From the human T2T-CHM13v2.0 reference genome, Homo sapiens, in the NCBI RefSeq assembly GCF_009914755.1, contig NC_060947.1: 64,000 nucleotides of DNA; one strand, written 5' to 3'. The translations under genes and the position numbers were made by a program. This document shows positions 54,028 through 64,000 of this stretch, piece after piece. Each line of letters opens with the position of its first letter. Positions within the stretch are counted from its first letter, which is position 1. The notes under the pieces are model-generated. The model saw only the letters and a list, made by a program, of their open reading frames with translations. It had not been told where the DNA came from and did not search any database.

Positions 54028-54739
54028 CCTTTTCTTAGACAGCTACTACAAGATGTTCTTCAGAAAATGGATGGCGCAAACTGAGAACAAGTAAGAGGTG
54101 GATTCAGAAAGTTAGGAGATCCGGTGGAGGAGAGAAGTGTAGTTGGTGGCCAGGGTGACAGCCATTCACCAGGTTCCATAGACAAACAGTTCATGTTGGA
54201 GATGGGGTTCAAGAGATGCTAGACGGAGCCGTCCAGGAAGAAAGAGCAGGAATGAATGGACAAAAAGTATGGGAGTTAGAAAAACTGATGAATTTAGGGG
54301 CACATGGTAGGCCTTTTGGAGCACTGGGATAAAATAGTTTCAGGCACTAAGTAAATTTTATATAAAAAGAAGGCAGCCCAGTGCAGTGGCTCATGCCTGT
54401 AATCTCAGCAACTCCAGAGGCTGAGTTGGGAGGATCACTTGAGCTCAGGAGTTTGAGGCTGCAGTGAGCTATAATTGCACCACTGCACTCCAGCCTTCTA
54501 GCTTGGGTGACAGACCCTGTCTCCAAAAAATAAAAAGGCAATTACTAACTCCAGGAAAAAGGAAAGAAAGAAAACATAATCATTGTAGTCACTGGTTCAT
54601 CTTTGAATATCATTGCAATGGTCATTATAATGGAAACACTGATGATTTCTTAAACCAAATATTGTGACCTAAATGTTTACAAGAATGTGGTAGGAGGGAA
54701 AGGACATTTGTGATTGGATGGAAAGGCAGGCAGGAGAGT

Positions 54740-56215
<1,476 letters not shown>

Positions 56216-56879
56216 TAAAATTGACAAATCTTGAAACTGTAGTGTAAGAATATTACATAGCACCATGATTGTAAATATGAAAACAAACATTTAAAAGATT
56301 GAAATTGAATAGAGGCTGGGAATGGGACATTTTGATACAAGGAGGTTTTTTTTTAAGTACTAACTCTTTCATATTTCCTTTACAATAATCTGCTTAAACT
56401 TTAAGAACATTTGGAAAAGAAGGTGTCACAGATGTTCCCTTCCAGTCAGACACGTCTTCACTTCTTTGGTTTTACTCCTCTTCTCTGGAGAGATCATGGC
56501 AGAGCTTGGCACCGTATATATACTCATGGGGCACTGATGGCAGTGGACATTTGAGTGAGGCAGTCTTTGTTTTTTACTTTTGGAGGGTGATTGTGAAGAT
56601 GAAATGAAATAACCCACATGGCAATGCCCACAATTCACAAGGCACATAAACAGGGTGTCAGGAAATACTAGCTCAGCAGAGATTCTACATTCATCTTTTC
56701 CCTGAGAATGATAATGAGGGATGTTTAGTACTGAAATCAGAAAGAATCAAAACACAGGTATATCTACATATTCTTAGATACAGCAGAAATGTGTTAGTTT
56801 TTCTCTGTCCTGGAACAGAAGCAGATGCAGAGATGCAAGTGTTAAAAACTGCATGGTAGAATAAATACTCCATACACTT

Positions 56880-57400
56880 GGAGTGGCCACATTTAGCAAA
56901 TAAAAATTGTAATAAATTTAAATTTCAGATAACACATTTTAAAATGTTTTAAATTTTAATTATATTTATTCTACTTTTTTATTTTTATTTTTTGAGACAG
57001 GGTCTCACTCTGTGGCCCAGGCTGGAGTACAGTGGTGTGATTACGGCTCACTGCAGCCTCTACCTCTTCGGGCTCAGGCGATCCCCACACCTCAGCCTCC
57101 TGAGTAGTTGGACTACAGGTGTGCACCATTTCGCTCAGCTAATTTTTGTATTTTTGTAGAGACAGGGTTTCACCATGTTGCCTAGGCTGGTCTTGTACTC
57201 CTGGGATCAACAATCCCCCCACCTCAGCCTCCCAAAGTCCTAGGATTCCAGGTGTGAGCCACTGCACTTGGCCAAGTAACAGATTTTTGAGTATCAGTAT
57301 GCCCCATGTCACACTGGGGGCATATGGATACTAAAAAATTATTCAGTATTTATCTGAAATTCACATTTAATTGGTGTTGTGTCTTTTATCTGGAAACCTT
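56880..57400. mobile_element. MER33-like DNA transposon interrupted by an Alu
   Basis: atttagcaaataaaaat..aatttcagataa ... tatttatctgaaattcacatttaa..tatctggaaacc. Confidence 0.6.
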
Positions 57401-57585
57401 ATAGATGGCTGAATTTGCAGCTGTCATGTCACTGTTTGTGGCTTAATGAAGGAATTCATTTGCCATTTACAAAAATTCAGTACCCAGAAGGAGAAAGGGG
57501 ATGCTGTTTGGAAGAACATGATGTCACTGCCAATGCTGAATTAACTTGGTGGTCTGGAATACACAATCTGTGAGCATCAGTCTCT

Positions 57586-59490
<1,905 letters not shown>

Positions 59491-59707
59491 AAGAAATCCC
59501 TTGAGGGTCAATTTCTTTACTGATGGCTTGCAACTGGCCTAACCACTTGTGAAGTCAGTATGGCTTCACTATATTTAGGTGGTTCAATTCATGCATCAAT
59601 ACGAACCCTGGGATCTTGCACAAGGGTCTCTCTGTATCCCAATGCTGGCCTGCGCACACACTTTTTCTCTCTCTTGCTGTGCTGTGTCCTTCAGTGTTAA
59701 ATAAAAG

Positions 59708-60436
59708 CTGTACCACTTCACACCCACTAGGATGGCTACGATTCACAAAATCCAGAAAATAGCAGGTGTCAGCCAGGATGTAGAGAAATGGGAATCTTTG
59801 TGCATTGTTGGTGAAAATGCTCAATGGTGCAGCCCCTGTGCAAAACAGTGTGGTGGTTTCTCCAATAATTAAACACAGAGTTAGCATAGGATCCAGCAAT
59901 TCCACTTCTGGGTATATACTCAAAAGAATTGAAAGCAGGGTCTCAAAGAGATACTTGTAAACCTATGTCCGTAACACTGTTTTTCACTGTAGCCAAGAGG
60001 TGGAAGCAACCCAAGTGTCTATCAGCAGAGGAATGGATAAACGAAGTGTGGTCCATCCATACAATGAGACATTGTTCAGCCCTAACAAAGAAGGAAATTC
60101 TGACACGTGCTGCAACGTAGATCAACCTTGAGGACATTATGCTAAGTAAAATAAGCCAGGCTCAAAAAGACTAATACTCTATGAGTCCATTCATGTGAAG
60201 TCTCTAGAGTCATCCAATGCATAGAGACAATGGTGGGCACTGGGCACTGGGGGAAGGGAACATGAGGAGTTAGTGTTTAATGGGGACAGAATCTCACTGA
60301 GGATATTAAAAAAGTTCTGGAGATAGGTGGTGGTGATGGTTGCATAACAGTGTGAATCCACTTAATGCCACTGAACCGTGCACTTAAAAATGGTTAAAAT
60401 GGTGAGTTTTATATTATGTATATTTGACCAAAATAA
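59708..60436 (+). mobile_element. Old L1 (L1MB-like) 3-prime region
   Basis: taccacttcacacccactaggatggcta...gcaattccacttctgggtatata...cacttaaaaatggttaaaatgg. Confidence 0.85.
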
Positions 60437-60742
60437 CAGATAGGTAGATACATAGATGATAGATACATCATACATGATAGATAGTTCATAGCTGGGTGAT
60501 GATGATACACAAATACATAGATAAATGATAGGTGAGACAGATAGATGATAGGTGATAGATGATAGATGACAGATGGCTAGATGATAGGTAGATACATAGA
60601 TGGTAGATAGATGATAGATAGAAAAATAGACAGATGATAGGTAGATGATAAGTAGATGATAAGTAGATAGATAGATAATAGGTAGATTATACACAGATGA
60701 TAGATAGATGGGTAGATAGATGCTACATAGGTAGATAGATAG
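60437..60742. repeat. Degenerate (TAGA/GATA)n
   Basis: Direct reading. Confidence 0.9.
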
Positions 60743-61055
60743 CCTCCAAGACAATGGGAGAATAAATGTCTGTTGTTTAAGCCCTGCAGTCTATGGTGTT
60801 CTGTTATAGCAGCTTGAAATGGACTAAGACACCTCATAAGAAGAGATGAGGACACAGACATACACAGAGAGACGACTGTATGAGGACAAAGGGAGAACAC
60901 AGAGTCTACAAGCCAAGGAGAGAGGCCTCAGGAGGAACCAGCCCTGCCCACACCTTGATCTCAGACTTCCGACCTCCAGGATTGTAAGGAAATAAATTTC
61001 TGTTGTTTAAGCCCCTCAGTCTACAGTCCTTTGTTATGGCAGCTCTAGCAAAGGC
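60743..61055 (+). mobile_element. MLT1-type LTR fragments (duplicated 3-prime ends)
   Basis: aataaat.tctgttgtttaagccc appears twice. Confidence 0.7.
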
Positions 61056-61251
61056 ATATACCTTCTCCATCCCCTCTCCTCTGATAAATACCAATATCTC
61101 AAGAGAACTTGGAGGCAGCTGTTGAAGAGAGCTGAGCCACAATGTTGAAAGTTATTGGGTCCCTGATTCAGGACTTGAAAGAGCATCACCAGCCAACCAG
61201 AAACACACACTTTGGGCTTAACACCAGGTATTTGTTAGAAAAAAAAATACG

Positions 61252-61611
<360 letters not shown>

Positions 61612-62409
61612 CTAACTAACAAAGCATGTTTTACATAACAGGTACTTTGCCCACAGTCAAGTGTATCAAGATCAAATGATGATGTGCTACACCTTTGCTG
61701 TAGATTTCTTATCAATACACTCTTTCCTTGTGTCCTCTGAGAGTCTACTTCACTGCAGGGCTGCTGCTACCAGCTGCTGTGGTCATAGCCTTGGTGTTCT
61801 TGTCTAATTAATGAGGGTTCCCATTAAACTAGACTCCAGCTGTTTTGACTTCCAGAATTGCTTTAGGAGAGTCTCTGTGGTCATTAATAAGGTGAGACCT
61901 TTTGGTTCCCAATACAAAGAGAGAAGATAATTTATTTTCTACAGCATTTTTTCCCATAAAGCTCTATATTCCGTTACATTTTAAAGGGCATTTCAACAAA
62001 TGATGTATGAAATGGAGAACAAAATCTGTATGGTTCTGCAGTAAAGGGCATGCAAAACTAGAGAACGGCTCTGAAATGATGTGGAAAAACAGCAATCTAC
62101 TTTTCTTTAAAAAAATTAAAGGCTTATGCTTCACATAAATTCATGTCGATTTTCCAGGCATTATTTGGTTATAACGTCTGAGGCATTGCATGGATTTACT
62201 GGTACCTAAAGTGTGGATTTATTCTTAAGAAGCATGCAGCTCTACAATCTTGTACAGTGAAACGTTGGGCACTCACAAAGTTATGCAAGACAGGTTATGA
62301 TGTGGGCTTAAGAAAGGTGTTGAGAGCTAGGAGTAGAGATATAGAAGAAAAAAAGTGTAATATTTTCAAGAAAGAGTAATTAGTTTGTAAGTGGAGGCTA
62401 CTTTCATTG

Positions 62410-62733
62410 TTTTTTTTTTTTTAATTTTGATGTTTTAGTGTTATGTTTTTTGAGACAGAGTCCAGCTCTGTTGCCCAGGATGGAGTGCAGTGGTGTGAGC
62501 ATAGCTCACTGCTGTCTTGAACTTCCAGGCTCAAGTGATCCTCCCACCTCAGTTTCCTGAATAGCTAGGACCACAGGCATGCACCATCATGCCTGGCTAA
62601 TTTTTAAATATTTTGTAGAAACTGGGTCTCCCTTTGTTATCCAGGCTGGTCTCCAACTCCTGGGCTCAAGTGATCCTCCTCCCTTGGCTTCCCAAAGTGT
62701 TGAGATTACAGGCATGAGCCACTGTGCCAGGCC
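62410..62733 (-). mobile_element. Alu (AluJ-like)
   Basis: Antisense dimer. Confidence 0.87.
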
Positions 62734-62796
62734 AACATTGTTTTTAATATATGACTTGTAAGGCAAGTTGGGGGGCATTAATTCCTTATTAAGATG

Positions 62797-63258
62797 TACT
62801 GAGTTGAATAAAAGCCCCTCCAACCATCAACCCCCCAAAATATATGTCCAAGTACTAAGCTCCAGAATTTGTGAATGCAAACTAATTTGGATAAAGAGTA
62901 TTTGCATGTAATTAAGGAAAGATTCTTGAGATTAGATCACTATAAATTACCCAGGTGGCCTTTAAATCCAATGACCAGTGTCCTTCTAAGAGACAGAAGA
63001 GGAGACACAGACACAGAGGAAAAGGTCACGTGGAGATGGAGGCAGAGAATGTAGTGATGTGGCCACAAGCCCAGGGACACCTGGAGCCACCAGGAGCTGG
63101 AAGAGGCAGGAAGGATCCTCTCCTAGAACCTCCAGGGGGAGCGCACCCCTGCCCACACCTTGATCTCAGATTCCTGGTCTCCAATACTGGAAAAGAGTAA
63201 ACATCTGTTACTTTACGCCATCCAAGTTTTTGTTATTTGCTACGGCATCCATAGGAAT
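62797..63258 (+). mobile_element. MLT1-type MaLR LTR
   Basis: aaatccaatgaccagtgtcctt...gatggaggcagag...ggaagaggcaggaaggatcctc. Confidence 0.8.
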
Positions 63259-64000
63259 TAAAAACCTATAGGTATGAATTTTATGTTGCTGTCAAAAGGC
63301 TTCTTCTAGGATAAGTAGATATTTCACCTAGATAGTTGTAGCTTTTTCTCCTCTTCATTGGGATCGGAACTCAGTTGGTGTCCTCCATCCTCCTATCTCA
63401 ATATTGATTTTACTTACTCTTTAATCCTAACAATGAGCCTTTTTATATTGCTTAATTAAATATCAATGTCTTTCTGGTCAACATGAGACCAAAAACCTTT
63501 TTACCTTGGGCCTGAGAAAGAGCAGTATTTCTCCTCCTCCTCTTCCTCTTCTTCCTCCTCCTTCCTTCTTCTCCCTCTTTTTAGAGATGGGGTCTCTCTC
63601 TGTTGCCCAGGCTAGAGTGCAGTGGCATAATCCTAGCTCACTGCAGCCTCAAACTCCTGGGCTCAAGTGATCTTCCAGCCTCAGCCTGCTGAGTAACTGG
63701 GACCACACATGTGCAACACTGTGCCCTATTTTTTTGTTTTTTTAACTTATTTATAGAAATGAGGTCTCACTATGTTGCCCAGGCTGGTCTCATACTTCTG
63801 GCCTCAAGTGTTCCTCCTCTTTGGCCTCCCAAAGCACTGGGATTACAGGTGTGAGCCACCATGCTTTGGCATGGTGGGGTATGCAGTAGGAGAGCAGGGG
63901 TGGTGGTAGTGTCTCCATATGTACTCTCACTAAAACTGGTGTGGGCAGATACTGGATGCCTACTTATTTAGGGGCATCTAAATTCCTGTGCTAAATTAGA
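63078..64000 (+). repeat. Segmental duplication copy B (start of the next tandem unit)
   Basis: Paralog of 25938-26832; last 198 bp identical. Confidence 0.95.

Overview
Primate genomic DNA, most likely human Xp22.33 at the LOC389906/FAM239 tandem cluster next to PRKX (locus recalled from memory, not searched). It is very rich in Alu, LINE and LTR repeats and has no intact protein-coding gene; nearly all ORFs in the supplied track are Alu or low-complexity artefacts. The main structure is one unit of a ~37.2 kb tandem segmental duplication (26635-26832 is identical to 63803-64000). That unit holds a minus-strand mosaic gene. A PRKX-derived CpG promoter and first coding exon (52735-52876) sits upstream of a partial, intron-containing ZNF839 copy (exons 44800-44988, 37897-38783, 34475-34623) and a candidate terminal exon with ATTAAA (~26905-27153). 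Within it lies a fully base-paired tRNA-Ile with the anticodon GAT, which is rare in eukaryotes (47769-47842), plus a decayed tandem twin (48183-48256). The left edge of the unit carries a second PRKX intron fragment, a palindrome with 61-bp arms that looks like a template switch, and an orphan CpG island with a CCAAT array. Repeat coordinates are approximate and subfamily names come from recalled consensus sequences.
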